From positions 79,222 through 143,221 of the forward strand of contig JAOUOD010000003.1 in assembly GCA_029880545.1 (NCBI GenBank): a stretch of DNA of 64,000 nt. The letters run 5' to 3'. This document shows, piece after piece, positions 11,159-20,247 of this stretch. The position numbers and the translations under genes are program-made. The notes under the pieces are model-generated. The model was given only the letters and a program-made list of their open reading frames with translations, was not told where the DNA came from and ran no database searches. How positions within the stretch are numbered: the first letter of the stretch is position 1; each line of letters opens with the position of its first letter. The DNA is from Gammaproteobacteria bacterium (GTDB lineage Bacteria > Pseudomonadota > Gammaproteobacteria > Acidiferrobacterales > SZUA-150).

Positions 11159-11773
11159 ATGGCACAAGGTCACGAGAAAATTGAAAAAAACCTGGGTCTG
11201 ATGATCATCCTGGTTATCCTGGTAATCAGTGTTGGCGGCCTGGTCCAGATTGTTCCGCTGTTTTTCCAGCACTCAACTACAACCCCGGTCAAGGGTCTGA
11301 AGCCTTACGAGGCGTTAAGTCTTGCCGGTCGCGATATCTATGTTCGTGAAGGTTGTTACGTATGTCACTCACAAATGATCCGCCCGTTCCGTGCAGAAAC
11401 CGAACGTTATGGTCATTACTCTGTCGCCGGCGAGTTTGTTTACGATCGCCCGTTCCAGTGGGGTTCCAAGCGTACCGGTCCTGATCTGCATCGCGTCGGT
11501 GGTCGCTACTCCGATGACTGGCACCGCATTCACCTGATCAACCCGCGTGAAGTGGTCCCTGAATCGATTATGCCGGGTTACCCGTGGCTGGATACCACGC
11601 CGGTTGATGCCAGCGATATCAGCAAGAAGATGGAAGTATTGCGTACGCTGGGTCACCCGTATTCCGATGAAGAGATTGCCGCAGCTCCCAAGGCCCTGGA
11701 AGGCAAGACCGAACTGGATGCGCTAATTGCATACCTGCAGGGCCTCGGTACGGCTATCAAGGCAAGGAGATAA
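11159..11773 (+). CDS. ccoO: cbb3-type cytochrome c oxidase subunit II (monohaem)
   Basis: 204 aa with an N-terminal TM anchor and the haem c motif CYVCHSQ. It follows ccoN. Confidence 0.95.
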   Translation: MAQGHEKIEKNLGLMIILVILVISVGGLVQIVPLFFQHSTTTPVKGLKPYEALSLAGRDIYVREGCYVCHSQMIRPFRAETERYGHYSVAGEFVYDRPFQWGSKRTGPDLHRVGGRYSDDWHRIHLINPREVVPESIMPGYPWLDTTPVDASDISKKMEVLRTLGHPYSDEEIAAAPKALEGKTELDALIAYLQGLGTAIKARR

Positions 11774-11775
11774 TT

Positions 11776-11928
11776 ATGGATATGAACCTGATCCATTCTA
11801 TCTGGACTGTCGCCGTGCTGGTGATCTTTGTCGGCATTGTTATCTGGGCCTGGAGCGGATTTAACAAGCAGTCATTTGACGAGGCTGCCAATATCCCGTT
11901 CGACGATGATGACAATATCAATAGCTAA
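11776..11928 (+). CDS. ccoQ: cbb3-type cytochrome c oxidase subunit CcoQ (50 aa)
   Basis: Not in the ORF track. Hand translation gives MDMNLIHSIWTVAVLVIFVGIVIWAWSGFNKQSFDEAANIPFDDDDNINS. It has one TM helix plus the conserved KxSFDEAAxxPF tail of CcoQ/FixQ. The ATG is 2 nt after the ccoO stop. Confidence 0.75.
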   Translation: MDMNLIHSIWTVAVLVIFVGIVIWAWSGFNKQSFDEAANIPFDDDDNINS

Positions 11929-11946
11929 GAATCGGGGAGAATAACG

Positions 11947-12855
11947 ATGGCTGATTTTGTAAGCGAATTCTGGAGCTGGTTTATCATTGTCCCCACTGTT
12001 GGCGGCATTGTTGCCATGTTCTGGATCAACATGTGGCTCAACGCCAAGCCGGGTGAACTGGATGGCAAGCCCATGTCCCACAAGTGGGATGAAGACCTGG
12101 TGGAACTGAACAACCCGCTGCCCAAGTGGTGGCAGAACCTGTTCTATGCCACCCTGGTATTCAGTTGTATTTACCTGGTGCTGTACCCGGGACTGGGCAG
12201 TTTTGAGGGCATCCTGAAAACCACCAATGTAAAACGTTACAACCAGGAAATGGCTGACGCCGAAAAGACCTATGGCCCGCTCTATGAAGGCTACCTGGCG
12301 CAGGATATTCGTGCGCTGGCAGCCAATGGCGAAGCGATGAAAACTGCGCGTCGCCTGTTTATGAACTATTGCACGGTTTGCCATGGCTCTGATGCCGGTG
12401 GCGCACCGGGTTTCCCGAACCTCCGTGATACGGACTGGCTGTATGGTGGCGAGCCCGACATGATCAAGGCTTCCATTATGCATGGCCGCCAAGGCAGCAT
12501 GCCGGCATGGGAAGCCGCACTGGGTCGCGAAGGCGTTCTGCAGGTGTCTGAATATGTATTGAGCCTCAGCGGTCGCCGCGTAAATGCCAATGCCGCTGAG
12601 TTGGGTAAAGTAAAGTACCAGCAGATGTGCGTGGCTTGTCACGGCGGCGATGGCAAGGGTAACCCGGCCATGGGAGCACCCGACCTGACTGACAATATCT
12701 GGTTGTATGGCGGATCACAGAAGACCGTTATGCAAAGTATTGCCGCGGGTCGATCAGGCAAGATGCCGGCACACAAGGAGTTCCTTGGCGAAGCCAAGTC
12801 TCACTTGCTGGCAGCTTATGTCTACAGCCTGTCTGCGGCCAATATTGATCGATAG
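11947..12855 (+). CDS. ccoP: cbb3-type cytochrome c oxidase subunit III (dihaem)
   Basis: 302 aa with an N-terminal TM helix and two CxxCH motifs (CTVCHG, CVACHG). Confidence 0.95.
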   Translation: MADFVSEFWSWFIIVPTVGGIVAMFWINMWLNAKPGELDGKPMSHKWDEDLVELNNPLPKWWQNLFYATLVFSCIYLVLYPGLGSFEGILKTTNVKRYNQEMADAEKTYGPLYEGYLAQDIRALAANGEAMKTARRLFMNYCTVCHGSDAGGAPGFPNLRDTDWLYGGEPDMIKASIMHGRQGSMPAWEAALGREGVLQVSEYVLSLSGRRVNANAAELGKVKYQQMCVACHGGDGKGNPAMGAPDLTDNIWLYGGSQKTVMQSIAAGRSGKMPAHKEFLGEAKSHLLAAYVYSLSAANIDR

Positions 12856-12866
12856 TCTGGCCTGAT

Positions 12867-12895
12867 CACGGCCCGGTTTTTCGTGCCGGGCCGTG
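12867..12895 (+). other. Perfect 10-bp stem-loop 12 nt after ccoP
   Basis: CACGGCCCGG-tttttcgtg-CCGGGCCGTG. No U-run follows, so it is more likely an mRNA-stabilising or partial-termination element than a classical terminator. Confidence 0.4.
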
Positions 12896-12953
12896 GTGCG
12901 CCACGGCAGCTTGTGGCAAACTGGTCGGGATCAAAATACGGAGCCTGACATTC

Positions 12954-13223
12954 ATGACCGATAGCCAGCAGGAAACCCCCCGGATTCAGCGTATTATCGC
13001 CATTTTATGGCCTTCTTTCCTGACGGCGGGGCTGGCAACAGGCCTGTTTTTCACCGCATTTGATCCCAATGTACTATTGATGGATACACCGTTTGCCGAG
13101 CTGAGCCGGTTGGGAGCCTATACTATTGGTTTCTTTCTGTTCTGGGCGCTGACGATGACCTCATGCCTGCTGACCTGTTACTTCCAGCGACCGTGTGTAT
13201 TCGGGGACCAGCTCGACTCCTGA
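12954..13223 (+). CDS. Small two-TM membrane protein of unknown function, between ccoP and ccoG
   Basis: 89 aa with two clear hydrophobic helices (IIAILWPSFLTAGLATGLFFTAF; AYTIGFFLFWALTMTSCLLTCYF). It is on the same strand as the cco genes. I recognise no family. Confidence 0.45.
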   Translation: MTDSQQETPRIQRIIAILWPSFLTAGLATGLFFTAFDPNVLLMDTPFAELSRLGAYTIGFFLFWALTMTSCLLTCYFQRPCVFGDQLDS

Positions 13224-13266
13224 TTTATTGCGATTTGCCCGTTAGTAGTTTAGCCGTGCCGGCAAC

Positions 13267-14715
13267 ATGCCCGGCATCGATAGTGAATTGGTGTTCAAGG
13301 ATTACCCGCGTATGAGTGGCAATCAAAGCCAGCCGGCCGACATTTCCGAGTCGCTTTACCAGAAGCAGAAAAAAATCTATCCGCGCCAGGTAAGTGGCCT
13401 GTTTGCCATGTGGCGAACTATAGCCGCGGTAACGCTGCTGGGTATTTATTATGGTGTACCATGGCTGCAATGGGGCGATCGCCAGGCCGTTTTGCTCGAT
13501 CTGCCGGAACGTAAATTCTATATATTCGGCATGACATTCTGGCCCCAGGATTTCTTCTGGTTCGCCATGATCCTGGCAATCGCCGCGTTCACGCTGTTTT
13601 TTTTCACCACCCTGGCCGGCCGCCTGTGGTGCGGTTATGCCTGTCCCCAGACGGTTTGGACCGAGGCATTTTTGTGGATTGAGCGCAAGATCGAAGGTGA
13701 CCGTTCAAAGCAGATGAAGCTGGACAAGAGTCCGTGGAACCTGCAAAAGATCCGGATCAAGGCTGCCAAGCACTTTGTCTGGATCGTGTTCGCCGCCTAT
13801 ACCGGCGTCACCTTTGTCGGTTATTTCACCCCCATAACCGGCATGTGGGGCAAGATCACCGCTTTTGAACTGGGACCGTGGGAAACCTTCTGGGTGTTTT
13901 TTTACAGTTTCGCCACCTGGGGCAATGCCGGTTTCATGCGTGAGCAGGTATGCATGTTTATGTGTCCGTACGCGCGCTTTCAGAGCGCCATGTTCGACAA
14001 GGACACGCTGGTGATTTCCTATGACAAGGCCCGTGGCGAACCGCGTGGATCGCGCAAACGCGGCAGTGATTACAAGGAAAAAGGCCTGGGAGACTGTATC
14101 GACTGCACCATGTGCGTCCAGGTTTGCCCGACCGGAATTGATATTCGCCGCGGTCTCCAGGCCAATTGTATCGCCTGTGCTGCCTGCATCGATGTATGTG
14201 ACGATGTTATGGACAAGGTCGGTTACAGCAAGGGACTGATTCGTTACACCACCGAAAATGCGTTGGAAGGCAAGCCGGTACACATCCTGCGACCGCGCGT
14301 GTTTGTCTACGCCAGCCTGTTGATTGCCATCATGTCCGGTGTGGTTTGGGGTATCAGCACGCGCATTCCGCTGGAGCTGGACGTCATTCGTGACCGCAAC
14401 ACCCTGTATCGCGAAACCATGGAAGGATTGATTGAAAATGTCTATACGCTGAAGATTCTCAATATGGATGAAGTCGAGCACGAGTATGATCTTGCCGTGT
14501 CCGGCATCGAGGGCATGAAAATGACGCTGACCCGCGACCGGATTCTGATCCCGGCAGGCGAGGTGGCAGAATTGCCGTTGTGGCTTCGTGTTGACCCGTA
14601 TGACCTGAAAAAACGCAGCACCATGATCAAGTTCCACCTGACCGCCAGGGATAATCCCAGGCTGACCGCGGTTGAGGAAGGTCGCTTCCTTGGCCCGACG
14701 AATTCCGGAAGATAG
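13267..14715 (+). CDS. ccoG: cbb3 oxidase accessory ferredoxin-like membrane protein CcoG/FixG
   Basis: 482 aa. It has the conserved N-terminus (LYQKQKKIYPRQVSGLFAMWR), TM helices and two 4Fe-4S motifs (CGYACPQ..., CIDCTMCVQVCPTGIDIR, CIACAACIDVCD). The true start may be the ATG at 13312 (MSGNQ...). Confidence 0.9.
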   Translation: MPGIDSELVFKDYPRMSGNQSQPADISESLYQKQKKIYPRQVSGLFAMWRTIAAVTLLGIYYGVPWLQWGDRQAVLLDLPERKFYIFGMTFWPQDFFWFAMILAIAAFTLFFFTTLAGRLWCGYACPQTVWTEAFLWIERKIEGDRSKQMKLDKSPWNLQKIRIKAAKHFVWIVFAAYTGVTFVGYFTPITGMWGKITAFELGPWETFWVFFYSFATWGNAGFMREQVCMFMCPYARFQSAMFDKDTLVISYDKARGEPRGSRKRGSDYKEKGLGDCIDCTMCVQVCPTGIDIRRGLQANCIACAACIDVCDDVMDKVGYSKGLIRYTTENALEGKPVHILRPRVFVYASLLIAIMSGVVWGISTRIPLELDVIRDRNTLYRETMEGLIENVYTLKILNMDEVEHEYDLAVSGIEGMKMTLTRDRILIPAGEVAELPLWLRVDPYDLKKRSTMIKFHLTARDNPRLTAVEEGRFLGPTNSGR

Positions 14716-14724
14716 GTTCAAATT

Positions 14725-15231
14725 ATGATAAAGAACGACTCTGCACCCTGGCATCGCAATCCGTATGTCTGGATGATTATCGCCATCCCCATGTCAGCCG
14801 TGGTGTTTGGTATCTATATGATTACCGTGGCTATCAAGACGAATGACGGCCTGGTGGTAGATGACTATTACAAGAAGGGCAAGGAAATCAACCTGGTGCT
14901 GGATCGCGACGTTCGCGCGACCGAACTGGGTCTCAGTGCAGAAATCGTCCTGGACATGGAAAAGCAGCTGGTTCGGGTGAGGTTGGGCGGTCGGCAATTG
15001 CCCGGTGCCAATGAAACCGTGTCGCTCAACTTCCTCAATGCCACCCGTGCAGGAATGGACCGGAAAATGCTGCTGTCGCCGGCGCCTGGAGGTGAGCTGG
15101 TTGGGCAATTGTTGCCGCTTGAGGAAGGCGTCTGGAATATTGAGCTGGGTAGCAGGAGTTGGCGCCTGACCGGTCGATACAAGACGCCCGGTGACTCACA
15201 AATCCAGCTGCTGGCGGAGCGACAACAGTAA
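14725..15231 (+). CDS. ccoH: FixH/CcoH-family cbb3 assembly protein
   Basis: 168 aa. It has the N-terminal motif PWHRNPYVWMIIAIPMSAVVFGIYMITVAI followed by DDYYKKGKEIN, typical of FixH. It follows ccoG. Confidence 0.8.
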   Translation: MIKNDSAPWHRNPYVWMIIAIPMSAVVFGIYMITVAIKTNDGLVVDDYYKKGKEINLVLDRDVRATELGLSAEIVLDMEKQLVRVRLGGRQLPGANETVSLNFLNATRAGMDRKMLLSPAPGGELVGQLLPLEEGVWNIELGSRSWRLTGRYKTPGDSQIQLLAERQQ

Positions 15232-15265
15232 CCGGTTTTGCGCCAGTCCGCCGGCCATGAAACAG

Positions 15266-15292
15266 AAAGCCCCGTAAACGGGGCTTTTTTGT
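15266..15292. terminator. Bidirectional rho-independent terminator between ccoH and the convergent Cys-rich gene
   Basis: AGCCCCG-taaa-CGGGGCT followed by TTTTTTGTGTT on the plus strand. The minus strand also has a T-rich tail (TTTCTGTTT). Confidence 0.75.
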
Positions 15293-15327
15293 GTTCAATT
15301 CCCGCTTGGGACGATACCGCGTCAGAA

Positions 15328-15522
15328 TCATGAAGTGGCGCAGCTCATATCCTGGCCGCAGCACATGGGCGATTTGATTTTACCGTGACCATTCGGGCAC
15401 TTTGAAATCTGCACCTTTGCCCCGTCTTCAAGGGTAAGCGAGTCATTCTCCAGGGGCGCGTCGCATTTTGCGCAGCTGGCGTTGACGGACATGCCGCAAA
15501 CTTTGCATTCATAGGTTGCCAT
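15328..15522 (-). CDS. Small Cys-rich (9 Cys in 64 aa) zinc-ribbon-like protein
   Basis: MATYECKVCGMSVNASCAKCDAPL...KCPNGHGKIKSPMCCGQDMSC. Two CxxC knuckles sit at the N-terminus and a second Cys/His cluster at the C-terminus. A GGAGA Shine-Dalgarno lies upstream (caaggagacactATG). Confidence 0.6.
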   Translation of the reverse strand: MATYECKVCGMSVNASCAKCDAPLENDSLTLEDGAKVQISKCPNGHGKIKSPMCCGQDMSCATS

Positions 15523-15844
15523 AGTGTCTCCTTGGTGATGATGGTTGTGCCTGACTGCTTTATCAGGAACGTCTTGCCCGAACTTCGCGCCGGCCTTTCA
15601 ATGTAACGCATGTCCGGACCAGGATAAACATTAACCTGTCATGGGAAATGGCCGGATTAGGAAAGACGGCGCTCAGATCGCCGTCGGCGCCTGCAGGTTT
15701 TCCCGGGATGGCTTGAATCCGCGCTTGATTGCCTTGCTGTGTATCGCCGGTATCTCCAGGAGTTTTGACAGGATCCGGTACTTCAGGCTGTTGGGCCAAG
15801 TGTGCCATCTCTGGCCGACAAGGGTGTGCCCGTTTTCAGCTGCT

Positions 15845-16388
15845 GTCAACGCCAGGCCGTCACATCAATAAAGTCGCCCTCAAAAAACTCGATATCCGGT
15901 TGCCGGTTTTCCTGGATCGAAACCGTGCAGCCGGTGAACCGGGCATCGATATAACCATAAACAGCAATATTGATGCGGCCCCGGCGCTGTAATCGGCCGA
16001 CCATTGCTCGTCCGGGGTTCCCGGCGTTGTCGCCACCAGCGTTCGTTGCCGCTTAATTCGTGAAGCATTTCGCGATAACCCGAGTCGAGATCAGTGCCTA
16101 CGACCGCTTCATACAGCGAGCTGAAAAGATAGGTGTGATCCATCACAACGTTTCCCGATTGGTGCATTGAGCATTCTGGAAGTGTTCGCGCACATCTGTC
16201 GCGCAGGCAATTTGATGTTGTAGTGCTTCGATATGGTGCGTGAAGCCCTGCAGTGCACTGCCGCTGTGCGTGACCGTGCGGGAGGTGTGTTGGCGGGTTA
16301 CTGTAACTGATTGATATGCATCATTTTCTGATACTGGCACGGTGATTGCAATTTTGAAAAATAAATAAAACCGGGAACGCCGTATCAA
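15845..16388 (-). pseudogene. Possible degraded gene: protein-like fragments in three minus-strand frames
   Basis: Fragment 1: 16143-16388 (...SALQGFTHHIEALQHQIACATDVREHFQNAQ). Fragment 2: 15880-16167 (MDHTYLFSSLYEAVVGTDLDSGYREMLHELSGNERWW...). Fragment 3: an unlisted 52-aa ORF at 15845-16003 (MVGRLQRRGRINIAVYGYIDARFTGCTVSIQENRQPDIEFFEGDFIDVTAWR). The three follow one another but in different frames. I recognise no family. Confidence 0.25.
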
Positions 16389-16499
16389 AACGAGCTTGCC
16401 GGGCCGGGGAACTGTTTCCGGGCATTGAAGGCAGTTTTTAATTGAAAAATAAGTGATGCCGGTTTTCCCGACGGCAAGGGAAGTTAAGGAAGTCAGAGT

Positions 16500-18938
16500 A
16501 TGAAGAAAGAAAAACTGGTGTTAATCGGTAACGGCATGGCCGGCGTGCGAACGCTGGAAGAACTGGTAAAACTTGCGCCGGATCAATACGACATAACGGT
16601 AATCGGTGATGAGCCGCATACCAACTACAACCGAATCATGCTTTCCCCGGTACTCGCTGGCGACAAAGCCTTTGACGATATCATCTTGAATGACGCCAAC
16701 TGGTACAGCGAAAACAATATCAGCCTGGTATCCGGTGATGCTGCGACCACTGTTAACCGCGTTACCCGAACCGTTATTACCCGCAGCGGTCTTGAAGCGC
16801 CTTACGATAGATTGTTAATCGCAACCGGCGCAAGGCCGTTCATTATCCCGGTGCCCGGACATGACAAGAAGGGGGTGATAGGTTTTCGTAACATCGCTGA
16901 TGTTGAATACATGTTGTTATCTGCCAGATCATCGGGACATGCCATAGTCATCGGTGGCGGGCTTTTGGGTCTCGAAGCGGCAAACGGGCTTCTGAAATGT
17001 GGCATGCGGGTAACGGTGGTTCACCTTATGGGCAGCCTGATGGAACGCCAGCTTGATGAGCCGGCCGCAAGCCTGCTGAAGACGTCGCTGGAAGGTCGCG
17101 GCCTCGAATTCAAAATGGAGGCGCAAACCGCAGAGATCATCGGCAGCGATCATGTAGAAGGCATACGATTTTCTGACGGCTGCGAAGTCAAGGCTGATCT
17201 AGTGGTAATGGCTGCGGGTATTCGACCCAACTTTGAGATTGCCGAAGCCGCGGGAATTCACTGCGAGAAAGGCATTGTTGTGAACGATACCATGCAGACC
17301 TTTGACCCGCGTATTTATGCGGTGGGTGAATGCGTGCAGCATCGAGGAACGTGTTACGGCCTGGTTGCGCCGCTTTTTGAACAGGCTAGGGTAGCCGCCA
17401 ATCACCTGGCCAATATCGGTATCTCGCGTTATGAAGGCTCCATTACCTCGACGAAGCTCAAGGTGACAGGAATCGAATTGTTCTCGGCTGGTCAATTCAA
17501 CGAGGCTGATGGCGATGAAACCCTTGTGTTTAAGGATGAGGCATCAGGCATATACAAAAAGCTGGTATTGCGTGACAACCGCATAAAAGGAACCGTCATG
17601 TACGGCGATACCCTGGACGCCAGCTGGTATTTCCAGATGATGCGAGAGATGACGGATGTCGCCGCTTTCCGCCGAACTATCCTGTTCGGCCAGCATGATC
17701 TGGGTGATGCCGGCCACGGTGATGCCGCACGCATCGCACTGCTTGGTCCTGAGGCAGAGATCTGTGGATGCAATGGTGTCTGCAAGGGAGATATTGTTGA
17801 TGCCATTGTCAAAAAAGGATTGTTCACGCTTGAAGAAGTGCGTGCCCATACCAAGGCATCAAGTTCGTGTGGATCGTGCACTGGCCTGGTGGAGTCAATC
17901 CTGGCCAGTACTGTTGGCGAGGGCTACAGCGCGACGCCAGGCAAAAAACCCATGTGCGCGTGCACGGAGCATAGTCACGACGAGGTTATTGCCTCGATCA
18001 GGAATTACAACCTGAAGAGCATGAACGCAGTTCGACATTTCTTTGAGTGGAAAACTCCTGATGGCTGCGCCAGTTGCCGGCCGGCCCTGAATTATTACCT
18101 GTTGGCCGCCTGGCCTGGTGAATATGCAGATGATGCGCAGTCACGTTTCATTAACGAGCGTGCACACGGCAATATCCAGAAAGACGGAACCTATTCTGTT
18201 GTGCCAAGAATGTTTGGTGGATTGTGCACGCCGTCGGACTTGCGTGCCATTGCTGATGCCTGTGACAAGTACATGGTACCGGAAATGAAAGTCACCGGTG
18301 GCCAGCGTATCGACTTGTTCGGCGTAAGGAAAGAAGACCTGCCGGCAATGTGGAAGGACCTGTCCGATGCCGGCCTGGTTTCGGGTCACGCCTATGGCAA
18401 GGCAATGCGAACGGTCAAAACCTGCGCTGGCAGCAACTGGTGTCGATTTGGTACCCAGAATTCGACTGGTCTCGGTGTAAAGCTCGAGAAGCTGACTTGG
18501 GGCTCGTGGATGCCGCACAAGTTCAAGCTGGCGGTATCCGGGTGTCCGCGCAACTGTGCCGAGGCTACGATCAAGGACTTTGGTGTGGTCTGTGTTGATT
18601 CCGGGTACGAGCTTCACGTCGGCGGCAACGGCGGCATCAAGGTGCGCGTCACTGACCTGTTGTGCAAGGTTGAGAACGAGGATCAGGTGCTCGAATACTG
18701 TGCTGCCTTTGTTCAGAAATACCGCGAGGAGGCCCGCTACCTGGAGCGTACCGCGCCCTGGATCGAGCGTGTCGGACTGGAGCATATCAAGGACGCATTG
18801 TTTGACGAGGATCAGCGCCGGGAGCTGGCTGCGCGGTTTGTGGAGTCACAGAAATATTCCCAGGTTGATCCATGGAAACAGCGCGCAGATGGAGCTGCGG
18901 CGCATGAATTTAACAAGATCGAAATCAGTGCAGCCTGA
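16500..18938 (+). CDS. nirB: NAD(P)H-dependent assimilatory nitrite reductase, large subunit
   Basis: 812 aa. It has an FAD/NAD Rossmann N-terminus (LVLIGNGMAGVRTLEEL), a BFD-like 2Fe-2S region (CGCNGVCKGDI...CGSCTG) and the sirohaem/4Fe-4S motif (TCAGSNWCRFG...SGCPRNCAEA). Confidence 0.95.
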   Translation: MKKEKLVLIGNGMAGVRTLEELVKLAPDQYDITVIGDEPHTNYNRIMLSPVLAGDKAFDDIILNDANWYSENNISLVSGDAATTVNRVTRTVITRSGLEAPYDRLLIATGARPFIIPVPGHDKKGVIGFRNIADVEYMLLSARSSGHAIVIGGGLLGLEAANGLLKCGMRVTVVHLMGSLMERQLDEPAASLLKTSLEGRGLEFKMEAQTAEIIGSDHVEGIRFSDGCEVKADLVVMAAGIRPNFEIAEAAGIHCEKGIVVNDTMQTFDPRIYAVGECVQHRGTCYGLVAPLFEQARVAANHLANIGISRYEGSITSTKLKVTGIELFSAGQFNEADGDETLVFKDEASGIYKKLVLRDNRIKGTVMYGDTLDASWYFQMMREMTDVAAFRRTILFGQHDLGDAGHGDAARIALLGPEAEICGCNGVCKGDIVDAIVKKGLFTLEEVRAHTKASSSCGSCTGLVESILASTVGEGYSATPGKKPMCACTEHSHDEVIASIRNYNLKSMNAVRHFFEWKTPDGCASCRPALNYYLLAAWPGEYADDAQSRFINERAHGNIQKDGTYSVVPRMFGGLCTPSDLRAIADACDKYMVPEMKVTGGQRIDLFGVRKEDLPAMWKDLSDAGLVSGHAYGKAMRTVKTCAGSNWCRFGTQNSTGLGVKLEKLTWGSWMPHKFKLAVSGCPRNCAEATIKDFGVVCVDSGYELHVGGNGGIKVRVTDLLCKVENEDQVLEYCAAFVQKYREEARYLERTAPWIERVGLEHIKDALFDEDQRRELAARFVESQKYSQVDPWKQRADGAAAHEFNKIEISAA

Positions 18939-18968
18939 TCGATATGCGAAGAAAACGAGGTGTTGAAG

Positions 18969-19298
18969 ATGAAGAACTGGATAGATATTGCCGCGCTGGA
19001 CGATATTCCAAAGCTGGGCGCACGCGTGGTGAAAACGGATACCGTTGATATCGCTGTATTCCGTACTGCCGCGGACGTCGTGTTTGCGCTCAAGGATGAA
19101 TGTCCTCACCGAAAGGGTCCGTTGTCACAGGGTATCGTTCATGGCAATACAGTGACCTGTCCGTTGCATAACTGGAAGATAGACCTGGGTAGTGGTGAGG
19201 CAAAGGGGCCAGATGAGGGCTGTACCCACACCTACCCGGTACGCGTAGAGAATGGAAGGATCTTCCTTGGAGCGGAATTGCATGGGGAGGCGGTTTGA
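18969..19298 (+). CDS. nirD: Nitrite reductase small subunit (Rieske-like)
   Basis: MKNWIDIAALDDIPKLGARVVKT...CPHRKGPLSQGIVHG..VTCPLHNWKI. The ORF track starts at the GTG at 18960. The ATG at 18969 sits 8 nt after GAGG and is preferred. Confidence 0.9.
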   Translation: MKNWIDIAALDDIPKLGARVVKTDTVDIAVFRTAADVVFALKDECPHRKGPLSQGIVHGNTVTCPLHNWKIDLGSGEAKGPDEGCTHTYPVRVENGRIFLGAELHGEAV

Positions 19299-19376
19299 CC
19301 AAAACATGTTTGTCGTTGTCTGTATTTTTGTCATGTTTATCGGAAATCATTTAACTGGATTGAAAAGGGATTAGTT

Positions 19377-20198
19377 ATGTCTTATCTGGAACCTAGCGAA
19401 TTTGTAAGCAAGATGGTGGATCAGGGTGAATCAAAAGTATACATGTCAACAAGGGATACTCTGATTCGCGCGTTTATGGCGGGAGCCATACTTGGCCTTG
19501 CCGCCGTGTTCGCCATTACCGTCGCGACAAAAACAGGGTCTCCCCTGGTTGGCGCGATACTTTTCCCGGTCGGGTTTATCATGCTGTACCTTATGAAGTT
19601 TGACCTGCTTACCGGCGTATTCACACTTGTGCCGTTAGCGTTAATAGACAAGCGCCCCGGGGTTACCTTCGGCCAGGTGATGCGAAACTGGGGACTTGTT
19701 TTTGTCGGCAACTTTGCCGGCGCGTTGGCAACGGCTTTCATGATGTCTTTCATCCTGACATACGGATACAGTACCGATGGCGGGGCGCTTGCCGAAAAAG
19801 TGGCAAAGATTGGCGAATCGCGAACCCTGGGTTATATGACTCACGGCGTCGATGGCTGGCTGACCATTTTTATTAGAGGCATGTTATGTAACTGGATGGT
19901 CTCCATGGGGGTTGTCGGCGCGATGATTTCCACTTCTGCCAGCGGCAAGATGATGGCCATGTGGATGCCGGTAATGCTGTTCTTCTTTATGGGTTTTGAG
20001 CATTCAATCGTGAACATGTTCCTGTTCCCGTTCTCCATGATCATGGGTGGGAATTTCACATTCACTGAATACATTCTGTGGAACGAGTTGCCGACCGCGC
20101 TGGGCAACCTGGTTGGTGGTTTCCTGCTCGTGGGATTGCCGTTGTACTACACCCATGTTCGTACCAGCCCTGATCGTGTGCTGAAACGGGCGGCCTGA
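19377..20198 (+). CDS. nirC: Formate/nitrite transporter (FNT) family channel, NirC-like by context
   Basis: 273-aa six-TM protein with FNT signatures (LLTGVFTLVP, GNFAGA, CNWMVSMGV, FEHSIVNMF). It lies directly downstream of nirBD. Confidence 0.85.
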   Translation: MSYLEPSEFVSKMVDQGESKVYMSTRDTLIRAFMAGAILGLAAVFAITVATKTGSPLVGAILFPVGFIMLYLMKFDLLTGVFTLVPLALIDKRPGVTFGQVMRNWGLVFVGNFAGALATAFMMSFILTYGYSTDGGALAEKVAKIGESRTLGYMTHGVDGWLTIFIRGMLCNWMVSMGVVGAMISTSASGKMMAMWMPVMLFFFMGFEHSIVNMFLFPFSMIMGGNFTFTEYILWNELPTALGNLVGGFLLVGLPLYYTHVRTSPDRVLKRAA

Positions 20199-20213
20199 TC
20201 AATACAGGAAGAT

Positions 20214-20238
20214 GCCAACCCCGGGTTGCGGGGTTGGC
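20214..20238 (+). other. Perfect 10-bp intercistronic stem-loop between the FNT gene and the kinase gene
   Basis: GCCAACCCCG-ggttg-CGGGGTTGGC with no U-tract after it. It lies inside the 5' extension of the tracked ORF, which argues for the ATG at 20248 as the real start. Confidence 0.5.
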
Positions 20239-20247
20239 AACCAAACC

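Noticed and set aside
16389-16499. Possible NasT-type antitermination hairpin or NtcA/NtrC site in the nirB leader
   Set aside because: I could not find a convincing stem-loop followed by a U-tract, or a GTA-N8-TAC or TGGCAC-N5-TTGCA element, by eye. I have no basis for a call.
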